Of a stretch of DNA of 64,000 nucleotides, positions 63,141-64,000 are shown in pieces. The stretch covers positions 14,627 to 78,626 of the forward strand of contig NW_021833256.1 in the NCBI RefSeq assembly GCF_006345805.1, read 5' to 3'. The DNA is from Octopus sinensis. Lineage: Eukaryota. The position numbers and the translations under genes are program-made. Numbering within the stretch: the first letter of the stretch is position 1; each line of letters begins with the position of its first letter. The notes under the pieces are model-generated. The model was not told the DNA's origin and did not search any database. It was given only the letters and a program-made list of their open reading frames with translations.

Positions 63141-64000
63141 GTGCAAGTTTGCTGCTGAACTAAGCAGTGACAGAACAACTGTGACATTAGGTGTTCTGTT
63201 GGCTTGCAGTGTTGAGTAGAAAAGAACAAGTCCTTCCTCTCTTGTGGAGATGGAGAAACGAAGTGACTTCTGTCTACTCTTCTCTCGGATCAACACCCTG
63301 AGTAAGAAATGTTAGAGTGAACCAGACACATGGTTTAGCACCGCCAACTGAAATCCTGGATGCTTTTAGCAGGATTCCACTCTGCTGCAAGCATTCAGGC
63401 CAAACCATCAATCCAAGGATAGATAACTCATTCTCACCCAGCAATGACAGAGGCTTTGGAAACGGTTATAGGGGGGTATAGTAGTTCCTCCTCGGACTAA
63501 GTCATAAAAAGAAAATTTATGAAAACTGTCGTAGAGATGAGGGTCAACTGCCTCTCCTAGAAATCCACTATGGTTACAGAACTAATTCCTTCACTACAAA
63601 TACTGTGGTTAATATGAATGAATCATGAGGAGATGGTTTATTTCACTTCACTTAAATAATTCCCTTTAGAAAGGGATGAATATCACACAATCACATTTTC
63701 ATCCTGTCATGTCCAACCTCACCCTGTCCACTCATATTCATGTATCTTTTATACACACCTTGGTTTGTGTAAAATACTAAAATAACTTTAATGATGTAGA
63801 CAGCACATCTGTATCATTAACGACTATTTTGTTTCCCCTTTTCATGGCCATATTTCTGACGAAATGCACTGTCTATATTTCAATTAATTTTGGAAAAAAA
63901 AAGCATAATTTTGAAACAAGAATATGGAGGGATTTAGTAGAATAGTAGAATTACTAACTTTTTCTTTTCATCAATGAGCTGGTATCTTGAACATAACTTA

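Overview
Eukaryotic, AT-rich, microsatellite- and SINE-saturated genomic DNA. The repeat landscape looks like a coleoid cephalopod (Octopus-like); this is an inference from repeat style, not a database match. One protein-coding gene is well supported on the + strand, a DGCR2/IDD-like type I membrane protein with three phase-compatible exons: a VWC exon (34740-35009), a transmembrane exon (42101-42235) and a 3.6-kb terminal exon (45944-49569). The terminal exon encodes a ~1,200-aa Ser/Thr-rich cytoplasmic tail with three PPxY motifs and a C-terminal S-Y-V. The N-terminal (signal peptide) exon(s) could not be fixed. The rest is transposon-derived: several tRNA-derived SINE families (labelled A, B, C, E, G here), remnants of R4/Dong-, Tx1/L1-, CR1- and Tc1-type elements, MITEs with intact TSDs, a Helentron/HINE-like element and tandem repeats. 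The most interesting signal is a set of Penelope-type minimal hammerhead ribozyme motifs. One is near-intact (10768-10802, minus strand). Two are decayed copies in a family whose 34.3-kb copy joins a Pol III tRNA-like head to a hammerhead-bearing tail. Almost all short ORFs in the supplied track are microsatellite or SINE artefacts. Repeat boundaries were read by eye and are approximate.
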